A program made the position numbers and the translations under genes. A stretch of DNA of 64,000 nt from an uncultured Bifidobacteriaceae bacterium (GTDB lineage: Bacteria > Actinomycetota > Thermoleophilia > Miltoncostaeales > Miltoncostaeaceae). The stretch covers positions 167,661-231,660 of the forward strand of contig CAZHDY010000002.1 in the NCBI GenBank assembly GCA_964531025.1. Reading direction: 5' to 3'. The notes under the pieces were generated by a model. That model searched no databases, was not told where the DNA came from, and saw only the letters and a program-made list of their open reading frames with translations. Positions 46,812-56,551 of this stretch are shown here, in pieces; position 1 is the first letter of the stretch; the number at the start of each line of letters is the position of its first letter.

Positions 46812-48017
46812 CTATCCCGGATACCGGACCGACGTGGCAGCCCTGCCCGTCCTCTGGGAGTCGAAGTCCGCCGGCAGGACATCGTCGGCAAGGACCACGC
46901 GGTTGCGGCCCAGGTCCTTCGCTCGGTAGAGCGCGCGGTCGGCGTGGCGGATCAGCTCCTCGAGCGTCTCCTGCCCGGAGGTCACACCGATGCTGATGGT
47001 GACGTGCAGCAGGACACCCTCGGTCTCGATGGGGGTGGCCTCGATGGCCTCCCGCATACGCTCGGCGGCGACCGCCGCGTCCGAAAGCGACGTGGACGGC
47101 ATGAGGATCGCGAACTCCTCGCCACCGAAGCGCGCGGCCACGTCGGTCGCCCGGGCACGGGCCCGGATGACCTGCCCCACACGGGTGATGACCGCGTCAC
47201 CGGCCAGGTGGCCGTGGGCGTTGTTGATCTCGCGCAGCAGGTCGAGGTCGAGCATGGCCAACGCTGCGGTCCCCTTGCCGCGCCGGACCATCTCGTCCCC
47301 CCGAGACCAGAAGAACCGGGCGTTGTAGAGGTCGGTCTTCGGGTCCGTCCAGCTCTCCTGCTCCAGCTTCGGGATCTGCAGCGCCCGGGCGATCAGGAAG
47401 AGCGGCAGCATGGCGAAGACGCTGGATACCGGCGAGTCCTGCCAAAGGAGCGCGATGGCGGCGCCCGAGCACAGGACGAGTGTGTCCAGGGACAGGTGCG
47501 TGACGGAGAAGAGCCGCGACTGCCGCAGCGTCTCGCCACGGGCCATCTTCACCATGACGGCGAGCGCCGCGTGGTTGATCAGGGTGAAGACGATCGTGGC
47601 GGCGGCGATGCGACCGGCACCGGCGACGCCGGTGACGGGCCCCTGGGCGACGATGAGCTTTGCCACCAGGGCCGGCACCGCGTAGTTCGCCATGTTGAAC
47701 AGGGGCATGTACCAGGGGAAGTTCGCCCGTACCCAGATCGGAAGGAACATGAGCACGGCGACCAGCACCACAGCCGGCGCGGGCAGCACGACGACCGCCG
47801 CGAACAGGAAGGCGAGCGAGATGTCGTATCCCAGCCGCGGGGATGCATAGACCAGGAAGAGCTGGGCCAGCGACGCCCCGACCGTGAAGACGACAAGCGC
47901 CCAGACGTCACCGACCTGGGGCTCGACGGCGATCGCCGTCGCCGACGCGGCGATGGCGACCAGGATCCAGGTGAGTACCGAGAGATAGGCCGGTTTTGAG
48001 AGCTGTGAGTCGCTCAT
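46812..48017 (-). CDS. membrane-anchored diguanylate cyclase (GGDEF domain)
   Basis: N-terminal half has about 6-7 TM segments. The C-terminal GGDEF domain has active-site GGEEF and an RxxD I-site (RATD) five residues upstream. Confidence 0.88.
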   Translation of the reverse strand: MSDSQLSKPAYLSVLTWILVAIAASATAIAVEPQVGDVWALVVFTVGASLAQLFLVYASPRLGYDISLAFLFAAVVVLPAPAVVLVAVLMFLPIWVRANFPWYMPLFNMANYAVPALVAKLIVAQGPVTGVAGAGRIAAATIVFTLINHAALAVMVKMARGETLRQSRLFSVTHLSLDTLVLCSGAAIALLWQDSPVSSVFAMLPLFLIARALQIPKLEQESWTDPKTDLYNARFFWSRGDEMVRRGKGTAALAMLDLDLLREINNAHGHLAGDAVITRVGQVIRARARATDVAARFGGEEFAILMPSTSLSDAAVAAERMREAIEATPIETEGVLLHVTISIGVTSGQETLEELIRHADRALYRAKDLGRNRVVLADDVLPADFDSQRTGRAATSVRYPG

Positions 48018-48125
48018 ATGCTTACCGTCTATCGGCAGATGTCCTCGCGAGCGTAACCGTCACGCCGAAGAAATCCCGGTCGATGTGGACGGCGGCCGCC
48101 ATGTGATCGCCTGCCGCCCGCGAGT

Positions 48126-49589
48126 TCATTTGGTGCCGTTCCCGATGGCCGCGACGCGGATCTCGCCGACCGACAGCGACGGATCCGGCTCCAGGCGAAG
48201 TCGCTTGCCCGTCTCGGACTCGATGTCGGAGACGCCGAAGTCGTCGTCGCCGGAGACCAGATCGAGGATGTCCGGGTGCAGTGAGACCGAGAACGCCGTC
48301 TCCTTCCGCTCGGCCAGCTTGCGCCGGATCTCGCGGTCCACGTTCACCGCCTGGGTCTCGTTGCTTGCGACGACCCCCACCCCACCACAGCACGCGCACT
48401 CCTCGGTCATGATCTCGCGAGGACCGTCGCTGATGTTCTGCCGGGTCATCTCGACCAGCCCCAACGGCGAGATATCGACGACGTACGCCTTGGCGCGATC
48501 GCGCTCCAGTGCCGCCTCCAGGGCCTGGCGGACGGCATGGCGGTTGCGCTGATCGTTCATATCGATGAAGTCGATGATGATCATGCCGCCGATGTCACGC
48601 AGACGGAGCTGACGGACGACCTCCTCGGCCGCCTCGAGGTTCGTCTGGGTGATGGTCTCCTCGAGCGTCGTCTTCCCCCGGCCGACGTTGCGACCGCTGT
48701 TGACGTCGATGACCGTCATGGCCTCGGTGTCGTCGATGATGAGGTAGCCGCCGGACTTGAGGTCGGCACGCCGCGACAGCGTGGAACGGAGCGCCTTCTC
48801 GACACCGTACTTCTCCATGAGCGGCTTGCGGTCGGTGTAGAAGTGGATGCGCTCAGCGAGCTCCGGCGACGTGCGGCGCAGGAACTCCAGGATCCGCGTG
48901 TACTGGGTCTCGTCGTCGATGAGGACCTCGTCCACGTGGTCGCCGAAGAGGTCGCGGATCACCTTGAGCGACCGGTCGGCCTCGCTGTAGAGGAGGCTCG
49001 GTGCCGTGACCTGCTCGGCACGCGCCTGCAGCGCCGCCCACAGTCGTCGCAGCGCCTCGACGTCACGGGCGAGCTCCTTCTCGGTGACGCCCGCGGCCTG
49101 GGTGCGGACAATGAGCCCTCCCTCGCCCTTGGTCAGCTTCTTGCAGACCTTGCGGAGACGGTCGCGCTCCTCGTCGTCCAGGCGGCGGCTGACGCCGACC
49201 CCGTCGCCGTACGGGACGAAGACGAGGAAGCGCCCCGCCAGGGACAGCTGCATCGTGAGGCGCGCGCCCTTCGTGCCCATGGGATCCTTGACGGCCTGCA
49301 CGAGCACGCTGTCGCCCTTCTTCAGCAGGTCGGCGATCATGCGCTTGTTCTTGGGCACCCCCATGGCCACGACCTCGTCGACGTGGAGGAAGCCCGACTT
49401 GGGGAGTCCGATGTCGATGAAGGCGGCCTCCATGCCGGCCAGGACGTTGTCGACCTTGGCCTTCCAGACGTGCCCGACGACCGAGCGCCGGCCGCGCCGT
49501 TCGATGTGACATTCACTCACCCGATCGCCCTCCGTGATCGCCACACGCGTTTCGAAGCGGTCGACCGACACGAGTATCCGAGTTTTCAA
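48126..49589 (-). CDS. ribonuclease E/G family protein
   Basis: S1 domain (VGHVWKAKVDNVLAGMEAAFIDIGLPKSGFLHV) and the RNase E/G catalytic core (GGMIIIDFIDM). 487 aa, which is RNase G size. Confidence 0.9.
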   Translation of the reverse strand: MKTRILVSVDRFETRVAITEGDRVSECHIERRGRRSVVGHVWKAKVDNVLAGMEAAFIDIGLPKSGFLHVDEVVAMGVPKNKRMIADLLKKGDSVLVQAVKDPMGTKGARLTMQLSLAGRFLVFVPYGDGVGVSRRLDDEERDRLRKVCKKLTKGEGGLIVRTQAAGVTEKELARDVEALRRLWAALQARAEQVTAPSLLYSEADRSLKVIRDLFGDHVDEVLIDDETQYTRILEFLRRTSPELAERIHFYTDRKPLMEKYGVEKALRSTLSRRADLKSGGYLIIDDTEAMTVIDVNSGRNVGRGKTTLEETITQTNLEAAEEVVRQLRLRDIGGMIIIDFIDMNDQRNRHAVRQALEAALERDRAKAYVVDISPLGLVEMTRQNISDGPREIMTEECACCGGVGVVASNETQAVNVDREIRRKLAERKETAFSVSLHPDILDLVSGDDDFGVSDIESETGKRLRLEPDPSLSVGEIRVAAIGNGTK

Positions 49590-49590
49590 A

Positions 49591-50469
49591 TCAGTTGTCC
49601 TTGCGTTTCTTCAATGCTCCGGCCAGGGCCGAAGCGAGTCCGTCCAGCGGCTGATCGGCGCGGTCGCCGGCCGTGGTGAAGTACTTTCGAGCGGCTTCGC
49701 CGAGCACCCGGGTGCCGGTGTAGGCGACGCCCGCACGCACGGCGAACGCTCCGACCGGAAGAACCCGCGCGGCCCGGCGGGCGACCGCCCGCCAACCGAA
49801 TGCCGATGCCACCACACCCCCGACCTCGAGGCCCCGTCGCACGTCGAGCGGACGTCCGTACATCGAGGCGAGCTGCGCGATGAGGCGCACCTGCAGGGCG
49901 GCGATGATCGGCAGCTGGGTGCCGGGGACGATCCCGGCGGCACCGACCCCACCGGCGCGCCGCGCCGCCTGGTTTACCAGCGCCTCGCCGACAGCCGGGC
50001 GCAGCGCAGGGTGGTTGCGGGCCGCAGCGACCGCATCGTCGCCGAGAAGCGTGGCGACCGACGCGAGGATGAACTCGGCGTCGTCCAACGACCGCACCTG
50101 GGCGATGTTGGAGAGCGCGAGCGGCGGGTGACTCAAGAGAAGCCGTTCGATGTCCCCGGCCGCGCCGGCCTCGGCGGCGATCAGGATGATGACCCGACGT
50201 CCCTGCCGCTTGGCGCGTGCAAGGACGGTGGCGGCAAGCGTGGGGTCGTGCCCCTCGATGGCCACGTAGACGAGGGGGCCGTCGTGGGCGTCCACCGCCG
50301 ACGCGTCATCCACGTCGAGCAGGCCCCGGATCACCGCGGTGGCGGCGGGATCACCGTCGATGACGCTGATGCCCAGGTCCGCACCCGAGTCGCGTTCGAC
50401 GCCGCGGACGGCGTTCACGAACGGCTTCACGGCTCCGGCGCCCTTGGCCAGTGAACGTAGGGCTCCCAT
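49591..50469 (-). CDS. hypothetical protein, DUF697-like C-terminal half, no P-loop
   Basis: 292 aa. IVPGTQLPIIAALQVRLIAQLASMYGRPLD plus hydrophobic helices resemble DUF697 as I remember it. I found no GxxxxGK[ST] anywhere. The stop lies 1 nt before the RNase E/G start. Confidence 0.55.
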   Translation of the reverse strand: MGALRSLAKGAGAVKPFVNAVRGVERDSGADLGISVIDGDPAATAVIRGLLDVDDASAVDAHDGPLVYVAIEGHDPTLAATVLARAKRQGRRVIILIAAEAGAAGDIERLLLSHPPLALSNIAQVRSLDDAEFILASVATLLGDDAVAAARNHPALRPAVGEALVNQAARRAGGVGAAGIVPGTQLPIIAALQVRLIAQLASMYGRPLDVRRGLEVGGVVASAFGWRAVARRAARVLPVGAFAVRAGVAYTGTRVLGEAARKYFTTAGDRADQPLDGLASALAGALKKRKDN

Positions 50470-50497
50470 TGGCTGTGTCCGGTTCTCCTTGGTGGAC

Positions 50498-50592
50498 GAG
50501 ATCGTCGATCGTCACACCAGGATAGTGGTGCGCGCCGATGGCGCGTCGCGAGATGGTGGGTGGATTCTCCGGGATCGTGGAATCAACACCTA
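50498..50592. repeat. degenerate short copy (C) of the inverted-repeat element family
   Basis: Left end gagatcgtcgatc resembles copy B gagatcgttgatt. Right end cgtggaatcaacacctac resembles copy A cgtggaatcaaccatctag. The rodA stop (cta, 50590-50592) sits in the terminal repeat. Confidence 0.5.
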
Positions 50593-51711
50593 CACCGGCG
50601 CGACGACACTGCGGCGGTGGATGCGGAGCAGGATGCCGATGGCGATCAGATTGGTGAGCGTGTGGCTTCCGCCGTAGCTGACGAAGGGCAGCGGGATTCC
50701 GGTGATGGGCATGATCGTCACGTTCATCCCGATGTTCACGAAGGCCTGGAACGTGAACATGGTGGCGATCCCGCCCGCCACGAGCTGTTCGAAGAGGGTC
50801 GGCGCACGTGACACGAGCCTGAGGGTGCGCCAGATCAACACCCCGAACACCAGCATGAGCAGGGTGACCCCGACGAAACCGTAGATCTCGGCCGTGGACG
50901 CGAAGATGAAGTCGGTGTGGTGCTCCGGGAGCAGGTCGTTGCGTACCTGTGTCGCGCCCTCGGGGCCGGTTCCGGTGGCGCCGCCATGACCCACGGCGGT
51001 GCGTGCCTGGCGGGTCTGGAATCCGGTGTCGTTGGGGTCGGCGTTCGAGTCGATGAAGCTGGTGAGCCGGTCCATCTGGTAGTCCTGCAGCACCGTCACT
51101 CCGGCCGCGGGAAGTACCCAGATCGCGAGTACCGCCAGCACGGCGATCGCCCCCGCCGCACCGGCGAAGAACCGGCCGGGTACCCCGGCGAAGAACAGGA
51201 TGCCGATGGTGATGGCGGCGTACACCAGCGACGTGCCGAGGTCGGGCTGGAGGAAGACGATGGCCGTGGGGACGGCCGCGACCCCGAGCACGAACAGGCT
51301 GAAGTTCAGTGACTCGATGGATTTCCAGCGCTCCTGCACAAGAGCGGCGAGGAGCAGCACCATGGCCACCTTCCCCACCTCCGACGGCTGGAACTGGAAG
51401 AAGCCGAGGTCCACCCAGCGGGTCGACCCGCGGCGTGTCTGCCCGACGGCGAGCACGACCGCCACGGACGCGATGAGGACGCCCCAGATGACGAAGGGCC
51501 GGCGTGACAGGGGTTCGAGGTCGATGGCCATCGCCGCGGCCATGAGCCCCAGGCCGACGGCGACGAAGATGAGCTGACGGGTGAAGAAGAACTCGGGGTC
51601 ACCCGTGATGTCGTCGCGGGTCGTGATCCGCACCATGTAGATGCCGAATCCGCAGAGCGCCAGCACGGAGCCCAGCATGATCCAGTCCATGCGGGCGATG
51701 ATCACCCGCAC
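50590..51711 (-). CDS. rodA: SEDS-family peptidoglycan polymerase RodA
   Basis: FtsW/RodA/SpoVE family blocks (LPEHHTDFIFAS, TGIPLPFVSYGGS). Lies downstream of mrdA and mreBCD. Confidence 0.9.
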   Translation of the reverse strand: MRVIIARMDWIMLGSVLALCGFGIYMVRITTRDDITGDPEFFFTRQLIFVAVGLGLMAAAMAIDLEPLSRRPFVIWGVLIASVAVVLAVGQTRRGSTRWVDLGFFQFQPSEVGKVAMVLLLAALVQERWKSIESLNFSLFVLGVAAVPTAIVFLQPDLGTSLVYAAITIGILFFAGVPGRFFAGAAGAIAVLAVLAIWVLPAAGVTVLQDYQMDRLTSFIDSNADPNDTGFQTRQARTAVGHGGATGTGPEGATQVRNDLLPEHHTDFIFASTAEIYGFVGVTLLMLVFGVLIWRTLRLVSRAPTLFEQLVAGGIATMFTFQAFVNIGMNVTIMPITGIPLPFVSYGGSHTLTNLIAIGILLRIHRRSVVAPV

Positions 51712-51755
51712 ACGGTGCAGCCCCCATCCGACGGGTTGACGTGTCGTCGCGGTGC

Positions 51756-53786
51756 TCAGTCGACCGAGTCCCGTTCAGAGCCGTCACCGCACAGCGTGGG
51801 GTCACGTTTGGTGGCAACCGCTATGGCGCGACAGGCGACGGGTGCGGCGACCGCCCCACCGGTGCCGGTCGAGTACTCGACGATGACGGCGACGACGTAC
51901 TCGGGATGGTCGCCGGGCCCGTATCCCACGAACCACGCGTGGTCGTGCGCGGCGTCGCCGGACTCGGCCGTCCCGGTCTTGCCGTCCGCCAACCGGGGGA
52001 ACGCTCCGAAGACGTTGACGGCGGTCCCCTCGGTGCTGTTGGTGACGCGATAGAGACCGTCCTTGACGGCGTCGAGGTTCGCCGGAGCGATCGGCGGAAG
52101 GGACGACGTGCGCAGCCCGCGCGCGAGGTCGGCCGTCTTCTGCCCGCTGGCCGGGTCCCAAGCCTCTTTCGCGATGTGGGGGGTCACCAGCGTGCCGCCG
52201 TTGGCGATCGCCGCGTACACCCGCGCCATCTGAAGGGGCGTGGCCTTGAGGTCGCCCTGCCCCACGGACATGTTGACGGTGTCACCCTTCCGCCACTTGT
52301 CCCAGGTCGTCTTCTGGTCGGGAGTATCGGGACCGAGGTTCTGGGCCTTCCAGAGACGGTCTGGGTTCACACCGGCGAACTCGCCGGGGAGGTCGATTCC
52401 GGTTCTCTGGCCCAGCCCGAAGTGCTGCGCCCATTCGTAGAGCTTGGTGTGGCCGCTCAACTGGTTGCGCTTGCTGGTCCGTTCGATGAGATACGACCCC
52501 AGCTGGTAGAAGTAGGTGTCGCTCGACAGGGCGATGGCGCGGTTGAGCTGCAGGCTCCCCTGCTCCTGTCCCCGGAAGTTCCGGAAGACCGTGCCGAAGA
52601 GCTTCACCTCCTTCGGGGAGTTCAGGTACGTCTCGGGTGTGATCATTCCGGCCTGCAGCGCGGCGATCGCCGTGACGGGCTTGAACGTCGAAGCCGGGTA
52701 GTAGGCCCACAGGGCCCGGTTTCGTCCCGGCGGACGTGGGTTCACCTTCTTGTCCGCGTTCATCATCTTCACCGCGGGCGTCTGACGGCCGCTCGAGAGG
52801 TCGGCGATGGGGATCTGCGGGTACGACACGAGCGCGGTGATCTCACCGGTGTCGGTCTTCATGACGACTCCGGCGCCGCCCTCGATCCCCGAGGTCTCCA
52901 CCTTCTCGCGCAGGGCCTCGGCGAGTTCCTTCTGGACGTCGTAGTCGATGGAGGTCACGATCGTCGCACCGGGCTTGGCCGGGCGCTCGGAGAGGATGCC
53001 CCGCTGGGTGGGCTCGCCCATGACGTCGACCTCGACCCGGCGCTCACCGTCCGTTCCGCGCAGGTAGGGCTCGTACTTGCTCTCAAGCCCCTGGATGCCG
53101 ACGATCGCGTCGTTGCGGTACCCCTGCCGCAGATAGGAGTCGGCGCGCTCGGCGGGGATCTGTCCCACCCAGCCCAGCACATGCGAGATGTACTTGCCGT
53201 CGTCCAGATACGCCCGACGCTGGGTGCGCTCCAGCCGGAGCCCGGGGAACTCGTCCAGGCGCTCGCTGAGGGCGAAGAAGAGATCGCTGTTCGGATCGAT
53301 GTCGGCCTTCAGCACGACCGACTTGTAGCGCAGCTTCTTCTGCCCGTTGATCATGAGGTTCTGCAGGCGCGTGGGGTTCTCTCCCAGCGCGTTGGCGATC
53401 CGGGTGAGGGTGCGCTTGCCGGTGTCCGAGATGGTGACGGTCTTGCCCGTCGGATCGAGGCTCACCCCCAGATCCTGGGGCAGGGCGACGAGGTCGAGCG
53501 CCAGCTCGCTCTGCGCCAGCTTCTTGCCGTTGCGGTCCCGGATCTCGCCGCGCGGCGCCGGGATGTTGATGGTGCGGACGGTGTTCGCGCTGGCCTGCGC
53601 CTGCGAGTCGGACGCCCCGATCACCTGCAGGAACCACAGGCGGAGGGTGAGGATTCCGAGGAGCACCAAGGCGATGGATCCGAACAGGGCGATCCGCCGC
53701 GCGGTGCGCGGGTTCATCGGGTGTCCCATGCCCGGCGTCCGTCCGCGCGATGCCTCGGGCTGCGTGATGCGTGGCCCCTCGCTCAT
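51756..53786 (-). CDS. mrdA: penicillin-binding protein 2 (elongasome transpeptidase)
   Basis: N-terminal TM segment, PBP dimerisation domain, and transpeptidase motifs STFK, SSD (LSSDTYF) and KTGT (DGKTGTAE). Confidence 0.9.
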   Translation of the reverse strand: MSEGPRITQPEASRGRTPGMGHPMNPRTARRIALFGSIALVLLGILTLRLWFLQVIGASDSQAQASANTVRTINIPAPRGEIRDRNGKKLAQSELALDLVALPQDLGVSLDPTGKTVTISDTGKRTLTRIANALGENPTRLQNLMINGQKKLRYKSVVLKADIDPNSDLFFALSERLDEFPGLRLERTQRRAYLDDGKYISHVLGWVGQIPAERADSYLRQGYRNDAIVGIQGLESKYEPYLRGTDGERRVEVDVMGEPTQRGILSERPAKPGATIVTSIDYDVQKELAEALREKVETSGIEGGAGVVMKTDTGEITALVSYPQIPIADLSSGRQTPAVKMMNADKKVNPRPPGRNRALWAYYPASTFKPVTAIAALQAGMITPETYLNSPKEVKLFGTVFRNFRGQEQGSLQLNRAIALSSDTYFYQLGSYLIERTSKRNQLSGHTKLYEWAQHFGLGQRTGIDLPGEFAGVNPDRLWKAQNLGPDTPDQKTTWDKWRKGDTVNMSVGQGDLKATPLQMARVYAAIANGGTLVTPHIAKEAWDPASGQKTADLARGLRTSSLPPIAPANLDAVKDGLYRVTNSTEGTAVNVFGAFPRLADGKTGTAESGDAAHDHAWFVGYGPGDHPEYVVAVIVEYSTGTGGAVAAPVACRAIAVATKRDPTLCGDGSERDSVD

Positions 53787-53796
53787 CCGATGATCC

Positions 53797-54369
53797 TCAT
53801 GACGGCATCATCCCCGGTTCGATCACCTGCCGGGAACCCAGCAGTCGGCGTGCGACCCACCACACGACGGCGGCGAGCACCGGTGCGAACACCATCTGGG
53901 GCCCGACGAGGTCCGCCACGATGTCGGGGATGGACGGCCCGTCCCCGCGGAGCGCCTGCACCGAGCCGACCCAGAAGGGCACCAGGCCGGTCGCGACCGT
54001 CGCGACCAGGAGGAAGAGCCACCAGGTGGGCTCGTCGGGTGCGGTCGCGTAGCGACCGCACCAGGCCCCGATGGCCACACCGGCGAGGGCGACCACCCCG
54101 AGCGTGTCGCCGGGGAGCATGAGCTCGACGCCCACCCCGCCGACGAACCCGCCGACCGCACCGGCAACGACGCCCCGGTACATGCCGAGCGCCACAACGG
54201 CGACGATCATGAGATCGGGGACCGCACGGAGGTCACCGATCTCGATCCGCTGGATCAGGATCACCTGGATCGCGACCGCGGCTCCCAGGAAGACCACGGC
54301 ACTCCAGAGCGCGGATCGGATCCAGGGTTCCGGATCCTCCGGAAGGGCCGGTCTACCCCACCTTGGCAC
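53797..54369 (-). CDS. mreD: rod shape-determining protein MreD
   Basis: Small polytopic membrane protein directly after mreC. The start overlaps the mreC 3' end by 17 nt and is uncertain. Confidence 0.7.
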   Translation of the reverse strand: MPRWGRPALPEDPEPWIRSALWSAVVFLGAAVAIQVILIQRIEIGDLRAVPDLMIVAVVALGMYRGVVAGAVGGFVGGVGVELMLPGDTLGVVALAGVAIGAWCGRYATAPDEPTWWLFLLVATVATGLVPFWVGSVQALRGDGPSIPDIVADLVGPQMVFAPVLAAVVWWVARRLLGSRQVIEPGMMPS

Positions 54370-55306
54370 GGCTGATCGCCTCAGGGCTCTTGGGGATGAG
54401 GATCGTCAGGGTCTCGAGCTCCTGCGGGTCGCGGAACGGCTTCACCTGCACCGTCCATGAGCTGTTCATGGCGGCCTGGCCGAAGTTCGTGACGTAACCG
54501 ATGAGAAGCCCCGGGGGATACGGTGACGACAGTGTCTGCACCCCGGCGCTCCGTGTGACGATGCGATCCCCGTTCTCGATGGAGACCTTGACGGGGACGT
54601 CCGTCAGGATGAGATCACCGGACGAGTTGGCCCGCAGGAGCCCCAGGGGAACCACGTCCTTGCCGTCGAGCAGCGACGCCGCCACGGACTGGGAGGTGTC
54701 GGTGATGAAGGTGACCCGCGCGGAGTTGCGATCGACGCGCGTCACCCGGCCGATCAGGGCGCCGAAGGTCGGCTGGCCGTTCACAACGCGTGCCGGGACG
54801 AATGCCAGTGAGTTCAGGACGATCCCGTCGCCTGAGCCCTTGTCGATACGTGCCGACTGTCGTGTCTCGTACATCGGTCGGGACCGCACGCGGGCCGTGG
54901 TGATCTCGTACGCATCCCTCAGAGACGCATTCCCCTCAAGATCGATCTTCGCGGCCTGTTGCTCGAGATACTCGTCGCTCATCCTCTCGTTGTTCGCGAG
55001 ACGGGCGTTCTCGGCACGGAGACCCTCGACCTCCTCACGGAGCCGATCGCGCTCGTTCGCCGCGGAGCGCGAGTCGCGGATCCATCCGACAAGGTTCTGG
55101 AACGGACGGATGGCCGCCGACGCCGCACCCTGCACCGGGTTGACGATGTCGGTGACCGTGCCCTTCACGCTGTGGAGGAACCCGCCCTCGCCCTCACGGA
55201 AGAACGACGTGAGCATGAGCACGCAGACCACGAGCAGGCAGATGACCACGCCGCGGCGCATGGCGATGCGCCGCCGTGAGATGCGTGACGCCCCCTGCGC
55301 CTCCAT
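54353..55306 (-). CDS. mreC: rod shape-determining protein MreC
   Basis: Track ORF runs to 55432, which would overlap mreB. ATG 55306 (or 55261) precedes the TM segment VVICLLVVCVLML. A coiled-coil region and beta-barrel domains follow. Confidence 0.8.
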   Translation of the reverse strand: MEAQGASRISRRRIAMRRGVVICLLVVCVLMLTSFFREGEGGFLHSVKGTVTDIVNPVQGAASAAIRPFQNLVGWIRDSRSAANERDRLREEVEGLRAENARLANNERMSDEYLEQQAAKIDLEGNASLRDAYEITTARVRSRPMYETRQSARIDKGSGDGIVLNSLAFVPARVVNGQPTFGALIGRVTRVDRNSARVTFITDTSQSVAASLLDGKDVVPLGLLRANSSGDLILTDVPVKVSIENGDRIVTRSAGVQTLSSPYPPGLLIGYVTNFGQAAMNSSWTVQVKPFRDPQELETLTILIPKSPEAISRAKVG

Positions 55307-55358
55307 GGTGCGCGGCGAGACGTTCCCGCTCGCGCCATCCGGGCGCTGTGGCCCGTCG

Positions 55359-56426
55359 CTAATACTGCGGTCGCCTGGCTCGTTTGTTGCCACCGGACGA
55401 CTTGCGCATGACTTCGAACTCTTCCAGCGCACGACCGGACCCGACGGCCACGCAGGTGAGCGGCGACTCGGCCACGTGGATCGGCATCTCGGTCTCGCGG
55501 CGCAGGCGCTCGTCCAGCCCCTGGAGCAACGACCCGCCGCCCGCCAGCATGATGCCGCGGTCCATGATGTCGGATGCGAGCTCCGGCGGGGTCTTGTCGA
55601 GCGTGCTCTTCACGGCGTCGATGATGGCCTGGAGCGGCTCTTCGAGGGCGATGCGCACATCCTCTGACGAAAGCACGACCGTCTTCGGAAGGCCAGTGAT
55701 CATGTCGCGCCCACGGATCTCCGCCTGGACCTCTTCCGCCAGCGGGTAGGCGGATCCGATCTCCAGCTTCACCTCCTCGGCGGTCTGGGTGCCGATCATC
55801 AGCTTGTGCTCGCGCTTGGTGTAGTTGATGATCGCGTCGTCCAGCTCGTCACCGCCCACCCGCACGGACTGCGCCACGACGATGCCGCCGAGCGAGATCA
55901 CGGCGACCTCGCTGGTGCCTCCCCCGATGTCGACGACCATGCTCCCGGTCGGTTCGGCGACGGGAAGACCGGCCCCGATGGCCGCGGCCATGGGCTCCTC
56001 GATGAGCTGGGCCTCGCGCGCACCGGCCGAGTAGGTCGCCTCGACGACCGCGCGCTTCTCGACCCCGGTCACGCCGGAGGGCACGCAGACCACCACGCGC
56101 GGGTGCGCCCAGCGGTTCTGGTGAACCTTGCGGATGAAGTGCTTGAGCATCTGCTCGGTCACGTCGAAGTCGGCGATGACGCCGTCCTTCAGCGGGCGGA
56201 TGGCGCTGATGTTGCCCGGCGTACGGCCCAGCATGCGCTTCGCCTCGATGCCGACGGCATGCACCTCGTTGCTGCGGTGGTCGATCGCCACCACGGACGG
56301 TTCCGACAGCACGATGCCCCGGCCACGGACGTACACCAGGGTGTTCGCCGTCCCCAGGTCCACCGCCATGTCACGACCGCCGAATCCGGTCAGATACCCC
56401 CAAAGCCCGATGGCCGTTCCTCCCAC
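55359..56426 (-). CDS. mreB: rod shape-determining protein MreB
   Basis: [28 protein letters not shown] and [15 protein letters not shown], which are actin-like ATPase motifs. GTG start. Confidence 0.93.
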   Translation of the reverse strand: MGGTAIGLWGYLTGFGGRDMAVDLGTANTLVYVRGRGIVLSEPSVVAIDHRSNEVHAVGIEAKRMLGRTPGNISAIRPLKDGVIADFDVTEQMLKHFIRKVHQNRWAHPRVVVCVPSGVTGVEKRAVVEATYSAGAREAQLIEEPMAAAIGAGLPVAEPTGSMVVDIGGGTSEVAVISLGGIVVAQSVRVGGDELDDAIINYTKREHKLMIGTQTAEEVKLEIGSAYPLAEEVQAEIRGRDMITGLPKTVVLSSEDVRIALEEPLQAIIDAVKSTLDKTPPELASDIMDRGIMLAGGGSLLQGLDERLRRETEMPIHVAESPLTCVAVGSGRALEEFEVMRKSSGGNKRARRPQY

Positions 56427-56551
56427 GCGCGTCCGACTCCAGCCAGATGCAGGAGATTAGCGCCACCCGCCACCCTGGCCAACTGCAATCGTTGCAGGTG
56501 TTTGCGCTGCATCTTGCAAGAGTTCAGGGACGTTCGCCCCGATGGTCGCGG

